64,000 nt of DNA, taken from positions 639,837-703,836 of the forward strand of contig JAKMXF010000244.1 of the NCBI GenBank assembly GCA_024704765.1, read 5' to 3'. The notes under the pieces were generated by a model, which did not search any database, was not told the DNA's origin, and was given only the letters and a program-made list of their open reading frames with translations. This document shows positions 26,150 to 40,274 of the stretch, in pieces (the first letter of the stretch is position 1; each line of letters starts with the position of its first letter). The translations under genes and the position numbers were made by a program. Source of the stretch: Oopsacas minuta (lineage: Eukaryota > Animalia > Porifera).

Positions 26150-27110
26150 CACTCTACTTGTATTTCGTGGCGTAATTTTCACAAACTATCTACAATATTT
26201 GATATGCCCCCACGAGTTCAGAGAATGCAATTTCGATATCTGAACCGTCTGGAAACTGTTACAAAAGTTGTAGTATGAACTGCCATATCTGCTGGCGGTA
26301 AACAGCTATGCCAAAGATCAGACTGAAATATCACCTGAATCTAACGCTACCAACGTAACCGTCAGCTTCGATAGCTCCTGGAAGACCAAATTACTCTACT
26401 GTCATCTACCAAGACCGTAGTTTAGCATCAATTAAGCTGTGTTCTACTCTACAAATACTGGTTGATAATGTGGCAGGGGTCATTCTGGCTGTCCTACTGG
26501 AGAGAAATAATAAGGCCGGAGGAGAAACCCATCAGGTTCTTCATCACCTAATGCTCTGACAACCTTCAAACCAATTGACATAGAAAAGGTGAAAGAAGTA
26601 TTCAATACTTATGCGACAGAAGAATTCTGTAGCGATCTGACATTAGGAATGGCTCAAATGTTAATCGATCCTTACACAACACAATGTGGAGTCTCTGTCT
26701 AAAATGCAAGCACTTTTCACCTCAATCTATTAAGGATTATCGCTGTTATAGCTGTCCTAACCTCTAACGAAGTTGAACTTTCACTATTCGGAATCCTGAC
26801 TGACTTTTGCCTGTCTCCCTCTTGGCGGACTTATAGTGCAATTCTGAAACGAGAATATAGGTCAAATTATTCTCGATGAGCTTAGAAGGAGTCGAATTAT
26901 CAAAGACGCAGAAGAAGAGCGGGACTATTCAAGCAATAAAGAGAATGTGCCCATAATTTCATGATTACCAGCAGATGATAGCTATGGTGTCCAAATATCC
27001 AAAGGTGTAAACAGGAGATGAATATGATTACAGGAAATAACAGAAGATCAAAGGAAATGAAATGTTGCAGGCCGCATAGAGCAAGCGCCCACAGCTTAGT
27101 TATACTATTC
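26150..27110 (+). mobile_element. Mutator-like (MULE) transposase relic
   Basis: VTVSFDSSWKT (about 26360) and NVNRSLHNTMWSLCLK (about 26660) match the VSFDGSW and NANESLHNTIWSLCPK motifs. Highly decayed. Confidence 0.55.
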
Positions 27111-28139
27111 AATGATAAATTTGTAAAGGGGTGAAGACATCTAGAAAAAGCCTTCCCCAAGAGCTAACAGAAGGCGTAAGAAGGGCGATTTTCAGCTAAT
27201 AATGGTTAAAATACATCTAGAATTATACACTATCTATCGGTTCGAATCAAGAGACCATCCATACTATAATTACTTTCAAGAAGATGTTTGGAGAATGATA
27301 CAGACGGACAATTTCTAGTAGATTAATCGTTTCGTATTATATACACACGTGTTGTAACAGTTATATACGTCTCGAATTATCTATTATTTATCAATTCGAG
27401 TCAAGAGACTATCCAAACTGTAAATACTCCAAATATTTTGAAGAATGATGAAGACCGACGACTGCGATTTGAGTAGATTTATCTCGGCAATGGTTGGCCC
27501 AGCCTGTTAAAACATGGTTAGACTAAGGTGGCAAGAATAATTTTGCAGTAACCATATGTTGGTTATTGTAAAATGTAAACTGGTCAATTTAGGAGAATTT
27601 AATTTCTGATTTCTGGAGGATATGCTTGAGTAACTCTAACATAGCTTTCCAGGTAGACGTACTCTCACCTCCTTGTGGTTACCCAGATCCACTAGATAAT
27701 GTTATTAAGCGACGTTGACTGTACATAATTTGAAATCACTAAGTTTGTCATAAATGTTTTAGAACTTGTAAAGAATATATCATAAAATATACAGTAAACT
27801 ATGTCCCTAAGTCACCTATTTCAAAAAGGGAGAAAAATGATAGAGTTTCAGCATCTAGTAGAGTTTATGAACGATTGACAGGTGCGTAATATGAAAGTTT
27901 ATGTGGGAGTTGAATTGTAGAACATATGTATATTTAGCCTGAAACATCATTAATAATATAATACAACCATATTTAGTGAATATATAATTTGTTTGATCAA
28001 AAATTTTTATCAAAATCTGATACATGTGGTTAATTCATAAGTTGATTTGGCATTTTGGACCATGGATTATATCCAGAACATACATTTGCAGTTGCTTGAT
28101 AGGAGATGTCCAATAAGTGATAGTAAATTGGCTCTGTAC

Positions 28140-28858
28140 CATAGACTCCTTTAGAGAAGAACTGGAACGTCGCGATCTCGGGGTTTTTAACTTGAGTCTG
28201 AGAGGCTCCAATTAAAAAATTGAAAAAGCATCAGAACCTATATTTAACCAGTGGTTGGGGGCCAGACACAACCAAGAAGCTTAAAATAAGAGTATTGGCC
28301 ACATTTCCCTTTGACCTTAGGCAGATATGAACTTCCTGTTTTCAACCATATTTCCTTATGTTTTTGGGATATTTGCATGTTTTGTGCAATGGCTGCGTGG
28401 TAATGTTTTATTTTTCTTGTTGCAAATATGTCTGCATGTTAATTGATATTGATTGTGCATGATAATGTGTTTTGTTTTCAGCTTTTGTGATAATATGCCA
28501 CGTCGTTGCAGCTGTTTTGGTTGTAGAGGAAATTATGATGGGACGCCTTACCTAAGGGTCATATCCTTCTCAAAAGATCCTGAGGAGAGGGAGAGATGGA
28601 TATTGGCAATGCCGAATGAAAACGAAAACTTGAGGCGCTTGAAAGAGATATATATTTGTGAGAGACATTTCAATTGTGAATGGGTGTCAGTAAAGGGTGG
28701 AAAGCGACCAAAAGAACCGGCATCAATTTTTCCTGGAGTACCGAAATCAGTTTTGAAGCAGGTCACCTCAGCTCCACGCCCAACATCATCTACATCAGAA
28801 TCAAGAGCTAAGAAAGTGCAGGCAGCTTATGAGGCTGCAGACAAGATCCAAGATTTCG
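28140..28858 (+). mobile_element. P-element copy 3, 5' 719 bp (THAP domain), truncated at N
   Basis: Near-identical to copy 2 (same THAP peptide) and ends at the same base (…GATCCAAGATTTCG|N). Confidence 0.92.
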
Positions 28859-31195
28859 NAAACATCCAAAACTCCTCTACCGAATTATATTTATTTCGGG
28901 TAAATCTGATGAGTACACATAGGACAAATCAGTGATTGAAATGACCCTGGCCGAATATCCTGGTGAATTCACAGTCGTTTAATACAGATGAGTTAAAATC
29001 TCAACAACAATACAATGGGGAACAAAGTACGTCGCAGTGTAGGCATATTTGTAACCCCGCCTCATAAACTACTTTCCACAAAGTAAATGTACTACCTTGT
29101 GGAAAGTAGTTAATGTGGAAAAAGACAAAGAATGTCGATAAAAACACAGTTTGCGAAGTTGGTAGATAAAATATAAAACGGTTAACAAAATATTTAAAAG
29201 AACTGAGTCATTCAAATTGCAATTTCTCTGGAAAGAGGTCACTGCACCGTGAGTGCAGGTATGCTTCAAGGAATTGGAACAATCTCCCAGTAATAGTAAA
29301 TTATAAACTCAAATTCCCGGAATCATATCAAATTATCTATGATTAACTAGCCAGGTGGTGTAAGTAAGTGGTAAAAGATGCTAAAAGAAAAGAACGTGTA
29401 TACTGGAGTATATGGCCACCTATAAGACACTTTTGAATCAGCTGACTCATTGGCATAGGGAATCTGTCCGTAAAGTGGATATACAGTGGGAATATAATAG
29501 TGAAAATCGTATCAATTGATGATACCTATCATACTAGCAACGAAACGAAATGTTTCCGATAATATTAGCTAAGCTGTACAAGATTGATCATAAAAAGTAA
29601 AATTACGTCATAAACCTACCCAAACTACTAAACCAAATTTCTCAGGTGCCTAGTCATGGTCAAACTAAATATTTAGCAAAAGAGGACAAAAGCCGACAAA
29701 TGCCATAAACCCAACACGTGTATAAAATATACATCAGTAGTACTGAATTTTGATGGAATATATTGAAATTGTGCATTATGAATCAATACTGTATAAATAA
29801 CGGATTAAGTAGTAAGTGACATTTGTCCTTAGACAAATGGGGCAGCTAATACACCCTACTATACAGTAAACTCCGCTTAAAAGGGGACACTTGTTATTTG
29901 GAAAACCACGGAAATTGGACAAATGTCCAGAAACGGAATCTTCAGGATAAAAGTGAACAATTCTGGAAATCGAGTGAATAATACTATAGTAGCAAATCTT
30001 TTTAAGGTGAAATTTCCTGTAATTTCAGGAAATTCAAATAAGCTAGGTAGAGATACAAAAATTAGATAAATATGGACAAAATTTGGATAGATTTGGAACA
30101 AAATTGTTCTATTTACTGATGATTGCATCAATATTATTTAACGGAAGGTACTAAAGGAACCGAAAATATAGAAGCCTGTACTTTGGATAGGTATGGCTCC
30201 ATCATACAGTGGTTGAATCGCTTTAGGAGTGTATGCGAATGAAACAATACAAAACGCTGCCTTATAATTAATAATATTCGTCAAAATTAATCGGGATAAA
30301 ACGGATCACTTAGCTTTGGTAATCATGTACTAACATCAACTAGATAGAAATGAGTGATAATTTCAAGTGAATCCGAAAAATTGATATTTTGGGTGAATAT
30401 GACGAGCAACTTTCCTAAGGTCTAAAAAGCAAAATTGTTGCTGACAGTGTCCTCATGGTGAAAGAATGGGCATTATTGGGATAAGTAGCAATGCATATTG
30501 AAGAAACGGGTCATATGATGTATCGGGGCCGTCAATTGTGTGATGCACTTCGGTCATCTCCCTACAAATAATTCAGAATAATGGGGTGAAATAATTGTCT
30601 TTCAGAATTAGCATCGAGAGGCATATGATAGCCAAAAAGAAACAATATTCCCTTGAACTAAGATTTGTAAATGTATCTAAATTATGGGACAATTTAGCCC
30701 CCACCATTGGTTTAAATGGTTATGTTGAGGTATCGAAACATTGATCCGAATTTCGTACTACCCAGTTATTTATAAGAATGTTGTATAAATTAGAGGGACG
30801 AAGTGCTCAGTTTCATGCGAACAGTTTATGTTCGCAATCCGCGGGGTGGATGCAAGTGAACCGCACTCGTGTATATATATTCAAAGTCTATTTCGCTTAG
30901 AAATGAGGATGGAAATTCGGGGCAAGGGTATAAACGTTTTGAAAACCGTTCCGAAATAAATAAGTGTATTCGAAACATGTCATCCTACAAATTCATAAAA
31001 ATTGATGCTAATATAGTAAGGAGATACTTTAGGTTGACCACAACATACGACCACACAAAATTTTATAATGAATGGCGATAATTTTCGCTTTTCTGAGAGA
31101 ATAGACGCAAGTTGTCTCACGGAAACAGATAGAAATTCAGTGTGTACGCCTAAATTATTGCAAGATATAAAAATAAATTAGTAGTATTCGCTTAC

Positions 31196-31693
31196 TTGTT
31201 TCGTGAAGTCACTATTTACTAATACAATGTCGGCTTTGCCAGTACTCCATTCTTCAATTAAATCAATAGGTATTCTATATAGTCGTTTTAAGAAATGTTT
31301 TCGTTCTGTTAATAGCCTGTCAGGATAATGACAATAAAAGATAACTTTTCTACACGAGGCTCTAAGAATTGGAATGCATATAGAAATCTGGTCACAGAAA
31401 ATAGTATGAAAATAATAACGATAATAAATATAAATATACAAAGACAAGAAAAACATCCGAATGTATGCACATAGAGCATAACAAATTCCGAAAATAGATC
31501 GAGGTAACCAACCCCCAATACAATAAATCACGAACGCCCCATCTTGAGTCTCTGAAAAAGAATGTTTAGGATCATAATGGGAGGTGAAATAAGAAATTCC
31601 GTGGCCTTTGGAAGTAAGAGCTGTTCCAACATCAATAATGAGTCTTTCAGCACCACCAATGCCTAAATCAGGATGAACAATTGCAATCCTCAT
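31196..31693 (-). CDS. ALG2: Alpha-1,3/1,6-mannosyltransferase ALG2, exon 1 (166 codons)
   Basis: MRIAIVHPDLGIGGAERL..FTSHYDPKHSFSET..WLPRSIFG..CDQISICIP..IFYCHYPDRLLT..YRIPIDLIEEWSTGKAD..VNSDFTKQ. Phase-0 donor CAA|GTAAGC at 31195; in-frame TAA two codons upstream of the ATG. Confidence 0.95.
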
Positions 31694-32261
31694 ATTTTAG
31701 AGGATTATTAAGAAAATAAATAAGGATCGGAAAAGCTAAATACACACAAAACATGCAAAGAAGCATAATCAATGACTAAATATATCTGAGCAAATAATAT
31801 TAGCAGAAAATATATAATAAAAGGCAATGAATGGGATTAAATTTTGATTTAAAAGCATTCCGTAGAGTTCAGGGCTCTCAACTCTCACAATCTCGTTGTG
31901 TGTCACATGATTTTTCGTCTGAACACACAACAAAATACTGGCCTATACATAAAACTAATACTAAATCAAAAGTCCGAGGATAAAATAGTTGTAACTAAAA
32001 CCTAAATATTACGGGATTTGGCTAAAGCCAGGAACGATATAGTGTTCTAAATTCACGAATAGTAAAAATGAAATATACACCAGTAACACATTATATCATT
32101 TAACATTGGAGCATTTCTTTGAAATAATTACTAACTAAGCAGACAAATGACGTCATTTCGGCACCTAAAACTTTTTAAATATATAATTAGTATATTATCA
32201 AATATCATCATTTTTTACAGTGCTTTGAACAAAATGCTGCTCCCAATTATTCTATATAATT

Positions 32262-33768
32262 CAGGCTTGTCCAACCTTTTTTGTTCGCGGGACAAATGAG
32301 GGCTTCTTTAGCTACTTGAGGGCCGCACGACATTGGATATATCAAGGTAGCATGATGATATTTTTTGGGGATGGTGTTAATACGGATAATTTCAGAATTG
32401 AAAAATCACTACATGTATTATTAAATTAGAGTAAACTTTAATGATAAAGAACATATCTAATGGGATATTTGACTTTGTTTTTTTTACACAAAGAGTCAAT
32501 ATCTGCTCGTACACTTGATGTCGCAATCCGTAATATTCCTGTATCTACTCACAGATAGTCCTCACTAGATCTGAACGAAAAAACATTTTTCATCATTGAG
32601 AAAAGCTGTTCACAGCAATACGTGCTGCCAAATAAGGAAAGGAACCTAAGGGAGTGTTGCGATAAATTAGGAAATAGATCCGATGTAACATATTGACCAT
32701 AAAATGTCAGAAGGTCAGCTCTGCAAAAGCTCTCTTTCTCTCCGAGTTATTTTGTATTTCAATTAGTTCCAGTTGGAACATTTCAGGAGCATTAGTGGCA
32801 TCAGTTCTAAACGGATCTGCAAACAACTCCATTTCATCGAATTTGTCACTAAAATCAGAAAATCTTAGTTCAAATTCATCGATTAAGCTGTTGATCAGTG
32901 CAGAATACTTGTCATGGTTCACTGTCTCACTTTTTCTTGAAGATAATGTTGAGAAATGTATCACCTTTTTCAAAATAAATTGTTGGTGGAATAATTGTAA
33001 TTTGTTGCTGAACGCTTTGACATGCTCATACAGGTTGTTAACGAATTGTTTTCTTCCTTGTAGTTTCTGATTTAAATCTGCGAGTTACTTAGTTATGTCA
33101 ACTAGAAATGCGAGATCATTCAACCACTGATTATCATCCAGAAAGCTCACATCTTTTCCCTTAATGGTCGTGAATGTTTTTATTTCTTCAAGTAGTGACC
33201 AGTATCTGGCTAGAGTAGACGCTCTGCTGAGCCAGCGAACTTGGCTAAAGTAAATATCATCGTTATAGTCTGATCCTACATCTGCAAGAAACGCTTGGAA
33301 TTGTCTGTGATTGAGTCCCTTCGACCTTATGAAATTGACTGTATTGACGACATTTCCATCGCAAGTTTCATATCTAAGGTTTTTGCACAAACTGTTCTTG
33401 GTGAATAATGCAGTGGTATGCCATAACAGGAGAGGCCATTGATTTGAGCATAAGGCTAACAAAACTTTTATGCTTTCCTGTCATAGCTGGGCCTCCATCA
33501 GTTGTTAAACCACTTAGTTTTTCATCAGCAAGTTTGAATTTCGTAAACACATGTTTTAATACATTGAAAATATCTTGCCAAGTATATGTGTCTTTCATTG
33601 GACATAAGTCGAGCAGTTCCTCGAGTATTTCGAAATTTTCTGTGACACCACCTACAAAGATTGCCAGTTGAGCTGTGTCGCTTACATCGGTACTTTCATC
33701 AAGAGCAAAGCTGTAAAATTTGCAAGCCTTGAGTCGTTTAATTAGGGAAATTTCAATGTTGGATGATA
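32262..33768 (-). mobile_element. hAT (GTF2IRD2/SPIN-like) transposon, 3' portion, degenerate
   Basis: Terminus CAGGCTTGTCCAACC at 32262. ORF fragments TTDGGPAMTG, YHCIIHQE, FIRSKGLNHRQF, VRWLSR and WLNDLAFLVDIT. Confidence 0.85.
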
Positions 33769-34052
33769 CAGTCTGTCAACTTGAAATTGGGAAGATCTTT
33801 GTTTTTCCCTAGCTACAAGTACATTTAATGTATTTCTATTCTAAATATGTTATTAGAATCCTTAAACAATCAATAATATAGTAAGCCTAATAATTTAACT
33901 TATTTCCGTTACTTTTCCGTAGTAATTTGACTCTTTTTGGCATCGATGACCAAAATGGACGTAAAAATTCATGTTCTAAAGAATTCCATACTTCATTTAG
34001 CTCCCTTTCCAGCTCATTTAAATTTCGTGGTGACTTCAAATCGATTTCTCTC
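33769..34052 (-). mobile_element. Tc1-like element 3' end, truncated at N
   Basis: TA|CAGT terminus. Minus strand encodes PRNLNELERELNEVWNSLEHEFLRPFWSSMPKRVKLLRKSNGNKLNY*. Confidence 0.75.
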
Positions 34053-34053
34053 N

Positions 34054-34358
34054 CCACACACGATATCTGCTGTAACTCGCTGAAGATCTGTACGGGCTGG
34101 ATCTTGAGTTTTGCGCGAAACTCTATGTAAGCTCGCTATTTGAGGTTGAAATTATCATCCTTTGAAGCCATAAATTCAACAGTGGGTATAAATTGTCTAC
34201 ACGTAGCTATCTCAAAAATTCATAATTTGTATTGAATAAGCTTGAAACTTTCAGTACATGGAGTTTAACTATATGGGCTTATAATATATGAAAGCTAGAT
34301 ATATTACTTGACTAATTCCTAAGATATCATGACCCGCAAGACTTATTGAACGCCCTGA
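34054..34358 (-). mobile_element. mariner element 5' end, truncated at N
   Basis: Reverse complement closely matches 57392-57700; TIR TCAGGGCGTTCAATAAGTCTTGCGGGTCATG plus TA. Confidence 0.9.
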
Positions 34359-34761
34359 TAGGTGTCAACGGCTAATTGGAAATTGTAGCTATTTTCAGCC
34401 ATTAGTCTACTGTTTATTATTGTAAAATGTAAATCCTCCTTGAGAGTGAATTTCCATATTAATTTCATGCACTACTGAAACACCAAAATCTCACGACTTG
34501 GAGAGAATCAAGGTTGGCATCAATGGCATTATTATAAATAATATATATATGATATTTCAAGTGCAGCGAACAATGTGGAGTAAACCCATTTACAGTTGGG
34601 TTGGTTTAAGAATATTTGTAAGGTTTTGAAGTACAATATGAATTATTCAGAATTAAAGTTTAATTAACAAACTTTGCAGACGGTATTTCACATTTATAAG
34701 ATTTGAAACTAGCCCCTGTATATAATTTGTAGCTCGACTATGGATACAAATAGATATTATA

Positions 34762-35391
34762 CAGGGTGGCTCATAAGTTCTGTGACATCTATGTTAACCC
34801 ATCTAAATATTCAAAATGTACTATTCATGCTAGATGTTCTAATTAGACTAACACTATATGCTAATAATATGCTAGAAATAGCCACATTCTATATACCCTC
34901 CCCTCTTCTCAATTACAGCCTTTAGTCTGCGAGGGAAGGCCTCAACCGCAGCACGCAGTGTTTCTTGAGGTATTTTAGCCAATTCTCTCCTCAACGACAC
35001 CTTAAGAGATTCTACATTGGTGTGGGCCTTAGCACAAGCCTTTGTCTCCAAAATCGACCAGATAGAGTAATCCATTGAATTCAAATCGGGGCTGTATGAG
35101 GCCCATTCGTCTTTGGGAATAAAATCGAGAATATTCTCTTTTAACCATGCCTGAGTGACTTTGGAGGTGTGGGTAGGCGCACCGTCCTGTTGAAACAGAA
35201 ATGACTCTCCAAAAAACATGGACTGGCTTTGATCTTTCAGTACAGGTTCTAATATCAGTTTGCGATATGAAATTGAATTAATTTTAGCCCCTGGTAGGAC
35301 AAATATCAGGGATGTCCGACCAATTACCAAAATTCCAGCCCAAACCATGACAGATTGTGGTTTTTGAACTCGTCCGATGTAATACAGCTCG
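34762..35391 (-). mobile_element. maT (DD37D) Tc1/mariner element 3' part, truncated at N
   Basis: QQDGAPTH..W..YSPDLNSMDYSIW with 37 residues between D and D; TA|CAGGGTG terminus at 34762. Confidence 0.85.
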
Positions 35392-36432
35392 NCATGAAAA
35401 CTAGAGCATGCAGAAAGAAACTGATTGCAGATTTGAAATCAGCATCCCAAAATTATATAGAATCAATTGAAAAATCTCATGCAACAAAAAATGAAAAAAA
35501 AATTGTTGAGCAGTGTAATCAAATATGATGTTGACTTATGAAATTCGTAAAGGGTAATAATCTATTGAAAATAATGATAAACATAATCATTTGAATATTA
35601 TTCAAGGTGCATCATAACATTATTTAGATTACCGTTATAAAAAACGAAATTCTTTGATTTTCTGCAAGAACAATATTTTGAGAAGATTAACATTCAATTC
35701 GACTAACAAATATACAGGCTTTGATACCCGAATTATTTTCCAGGAATTACCAAACTTGATTGAAGTTTAGGGACACCGTGGTCCTATTCATGTATATAAA
35801 TTATTGAACCTAACTCTAACGGTAACCAAGTTATGACGTCACATACTATATAAGGTAATTGGCAGTATGTGACGGAGAAACTTGTTAACAGTTAGAGCTA
35901 GATATTAGAACTGTATTATTCATGAATATGATGTCACCGAATGGGATTAGACCCTTTATTATTAAAATTTTTCAGATATGGCTAGATTCTGTTCGAATCC
36001 ATTTGTCACAATTCCATCATCATTTCAACCTATTTTGAATGCAAGTACAGCTCATTAAACACCATGCATTAACAGAAGATTCATACTTTATACCACATGG
36101 ACAAAGATGCTAGAAATAATGAAAAATCGTAAAAATAGCTATTAAGCCCAATTCCCATTGTTGGATGCCATGTTTCTGTGTTGGTAATACTCATATAATT
36201 CATAACTCATACAATTGCTGAGTTGTGTCGTGAAAAATATAGTCATCATCTAAGTGCCAGTCAGGAAAATAACAATTATAAGAATAAATGAATCAGTTGT
36301 GAGTATATTATGAGGCAGTTGCACATAGATCCATTTTTCACAAATTTCCTTGCATTTAGACGAAAAAGTAAGGTAGATCAAATTAGCTCCAACATTTATC
36401 GTGATCAATTTCACGCTGGGTATGGCCTACGT

Positions 36433-39400
36433 CAGGGGTCTTCAAACTTTTTGTTTTGAGAGCCACTTTATAACTTTTGCTCATAATCGCGAGTCATATG
36501 AAAATTCGAAAGACATGATGAAATTGTTTACCATAACATGAATTGAAACACATGCATTAACGTGATGTGTGAAATTGTTTCGTGTCATGTAAAAGCGTAT
36601 CCATACAAGGTGCTATCTTAGTTGATGCAATACGCAATACATCATGTAGTGTTCATCCGTCATATTTGACCAATAACTATCCTTAGTATACTTCATTTTG
36701 GAGAGGAGGGCTTTACCAGAATAAGTACTCCCAAATAAGCTTGCCATTCTCCTTGCGTGTACAACAATATATGGATATGTATCAGTTGGTAGGACTTTGT
36801 AGAAGTCTAAAATACTGAAGTTCTTGGATATCTCATCTAATTTTACCTCTCTAAACTATTCCTTCAAATTAATATTCGCTTGTAGATCAAGAAGCTCCAG
36901 CTGAATTCATCAGAAGCACACTGGACATCAAAACAGAAAGGCTGAGTGAAGAGCATAATTTACAATGGCTCCCTTCTAAAATCAACAAATCGAGTTTTGA
37001 ATTCTTCGATCAGGTGTGAAACTGTCCTTGCATATCTTTTTCCGTCAGGAATTTCCATAGATCGAAGCTCTGAAAAGTGTGAGAAGTTGTTTTTTGACAG
37101 ATGCGCCTCAAATAAACTAAGCTTCGCCTCAAAAGCACATATGGTGCCAAAAGGTTCATGAATTAGCTTCATTTTACCTTGAAGAGCAGAATATAAATTG
37201 TTTAGATGAGTAGTGATATCCACCAAAAATGCAAAATCACTGAGCCAAGCTGGATTATGAAATTCAGGAACCTTATTCCCCTTTTCTACCATAAAGCACG
37301 ATATCTTATCGCGTAACATTCACACTCTCTTAAGAACTGCTCATCTACTAAGCCACCGAACAGCTGTGAAATAGAGTATATCACCGTACTTTGAATCTAG
37401 CTCTTTTAAAACATTTTTGAATTCTCTATGGTTGATTCCCTTAGCTCGGATAAAATTCACAGCATCAACAATAAGTTTCATAACTTTTTCCCATCCAAGT
37501 GTGTTTGCGCATAAAACTTCCTGGTGAATAATACAGTGGCGCCATATCACTCCATCACGACCATTAGCAGCTAACCACCGCGATAACTGTCCCTTAAAGC
37601 CACTTCGTACCCCAAGCATGGACGGCGCTCCGTCTGTTGCAACTCCAGACAGTTTCGTGACCGGTAAAGAAGCTATTGATAAGACTTTCTGTACTTCATC
37701 AAAAATATCAATACCACTGGCTTTTCCATACATAGGACTGACTGAAAACATTTCCTCAGTTATTTTGAAGATATTATCAACTCCCCTAATCCAGATGACT
37801 AATTGTTTCATATCAGAAATGTCTTTGCTTCCATCCATTGCGATGCTGAAAGAAGTGAAGTTCCGAGACCTTTCCAAAAGTTGATCATTAATATCATTCG
37901 AAATTGATTCTACACGTCGCAATACGGTTGTATCACTAGGACTCAGCTGTTGTGCAAGATCTTTCTTGTCTGGACAGCAATTATTCATAAACAGAGTTAG
38001 GCACTCTTTGATATATTCACCATCTGTAAATGGTTTCATTCGTTTGCAATAATATTACTAATGGCATAACTTGCTGCTGTTACCGACTTGCGAGATGTAT
38101 CCACTTTCTTGGAGATTTACTGTTCCAAGGTCAAACTTTTACTCATTTGATCAAATTTAATCTGATGAGCTTCCCCAAGAATACTAATGAAATCTTCCCC
38201 CTGTTTAGTATCATAATGCCCCTTCAGATTTCCTCTCTTATTGGAAGCAATGGTATCACGACAAATCAGACATATTTTTTTCTCTGACCTCGACAAAGAA
38301 AAACTCGAGCTCCCAATCAACATGGAAGAGTCTATTTCCTTTAGATATTTAGGCTTTTTGGACTGATGTAACGCCATCTTGCAACTCAGTAAAAATTTGA
38401 AAAATCTTTAATTAAGAACGTCGCTAGCTTGGTAAATCCAAGATAAATCAATTCCATATAATACTGTAGTGTTGTTAAGAGTATATTTCAATATACAGGG
38501 TGTTTCAAAAGTCTTGGCACCTATTCAAATGAAACTATCTATCTAGTTTATCAATGTAAATACTGTTAGATCTGAATACTATCTTACGATAATGTCAGTT
38601 TAAGTATTCTAACGCATTATTCACCCTAATACCTTATATACTGTCGATAATCACATTTTTTGTTTTTTTTTGTAATTCGTAAACACTAGAATAATGAATG
38701 TCGGAGATCATGGAATTGCAATCCGTTCTAAAGCAATAGGCATGCTGGAAGCTGGTATATCACAGAAAGATGTTGCTCTGAGGTTAGGTGCTGGATTACG
38801 TTCCATTAAAAGATGGCGGGCAGCAGCTAAACGTGGTCATTCATTGGAGACAAAGGCAAGGTCCGGCCTCCGAAAACTCTAAATCGGGCCGCTAAGATAG
38901 TAATAGCGAAATCTTTGGAGAAACGAAGACATTCAACCTGAAATATAGCCAAGAGCTTAGCTAAAAAGGGCTATTCTGCTTCTTCTTCGATTGTCTATCG
39001 ACATCTGACAAAAAATCTTGGTGCTAGAGCATTCAAACGGCCCCAAATCCCGCGAATTACTGAGAAGATCAAGGGAAATCGCCTTTTGTTCGCCCACAAT
39101 CATAAGGATTGGACTATTGAAGATTGGAGAAAGGTTCTTTGGTCGGACGAATCGCCCTTCGAACAATTTTCAACACCAAACCGACAGAACGATAGAGTGT
39201 GGAGCAAAAATGGCAAAGATATCAGCCCAGTTTTCAAGGTGAAATTTCCTGCTAAAGTCATGGTATGGGGCATGATGTCACACCGTTGCTTGTCAGAATT
39301 GCACATAATTCCTCAAAAGTAATCTGAAGACACAGCATATTACCGTGATAATATACTAGGAGTTACTTGTCTTGATGCCATAAGCCGTTCTTCTAAAACA

Positions 39401-40001
39401 GGTAGCATTGTGAAAAGATCAATGTTGTTAAACATGTCGGATTTTTTATTCATGCAGGACGGTGTTCCAGCACACACGGCTAAAGCTACGCAAGAATGGT
39501 GTACAATCAATTTCTCCCGCTTTTGGAAGAAAGGCGAGTGGTCAGTCAACTCTCCTGACCTAAATCCTATCGAGAATTTATGGTCTATATTAACTGATAG
39601 GGTGGATAAGTTGGGTCAAGTGAACACAATTCAGAACCTAATTCAGAACATCAAATTGGCCTGGATCAGTATTGATGCTAATGTTTTAAACAATTTAGTT
39701 AGTGGCATGCCTGATAGGATTAGAAAAGTAGTAGAATTGCATGGTGATTATATTGGCCAATAAAATCGATAATGTGTGTATGCTATGTAGTATATAATTT
39801 ACGTTACTCGAAGTGCCAAGACTTTTGAAATACCCTGTATATATATCACAGTACTAAATAGAGCCCAAATGAAATCAAACAAATGAAATTCTAGCAAATT
39901 TAACAATGCAACTGTATACACAGAAAATTAAAGTAACATTTTCTTAAGAAATATGGACATTGGGTTGACGGATGTCGAGAGCTACAGTTGGAAGACCCAT
40001 G
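36433..40001 (-). mobile_element. hAT (GTF2IRD2-like) transposon, full length, degenerate, with nested Tc1
   Basis: TIRs CAGGGGTCTTCAAA / TTGGAAGACCCATG; 8-bp TSD GCCTACGT / GTCTACGT. ORFs 38117-38377, 37341-38039 (ATDGAPSM, WRHCIIHQE, VRWLSR) and 36960-37319. Confidence 0.9.
38496..39837 (+). mobile_element. Tc1-like DD37E transposon, full length, disrupted ORF
   Basis: TIR CAGGGT(G)TTTCAAAAGTCTTGGCAC at both ends with TA TSD. Motifs LWSDES, MQDGVPAH and SPDLNPIENLW (D-37-E). Confidence 0.92.
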
Positions 40002-40274
40002 GTCTACGTGTACAACCGTATGAAGATATCTTGATATGTTAAGTTCGCTCGTTATGAGACATAATTTGTTGAATATTATCAGAAATATAGATTGGATATC
40101 AGATTAAATAGCTATAATCCCGTCCAGGTCAATAATAGAATGAAATTGTCTAGAAATCAACAATAATTGAATAATGAAAAAGAATTTGGGAAGCTTAGGT
40201 ACTAGATAAACACAAATATATACTTTTTGAGCCTATTGAAGAAAATGTAAACAAAATTATACTAAAAGCTCAAA

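Noticed and set aside
16386-28139. Single composite P element with the 11.7-kb interior as cargo, defined by the two 5' TIRs
   Set aside because: The TIRs face outward from the interior and the adjacent 8-mers do not form a TSD.
30450-30720. Possible Penelope GIY-YIG remnant (VAMHIEETGH)
   Set aside because: A single short motif with no supporting GIY/YIG or RT motifs.
31700-31860. Hydrophobic upstream ORF as an ALG2 N-terminal extension
   Set aside because: Out of frame with the ALG2 ATG, with an in-frame TAA just upstream and no suitable splice site; AT-rich DNA mimics hydrophobic ORFs.
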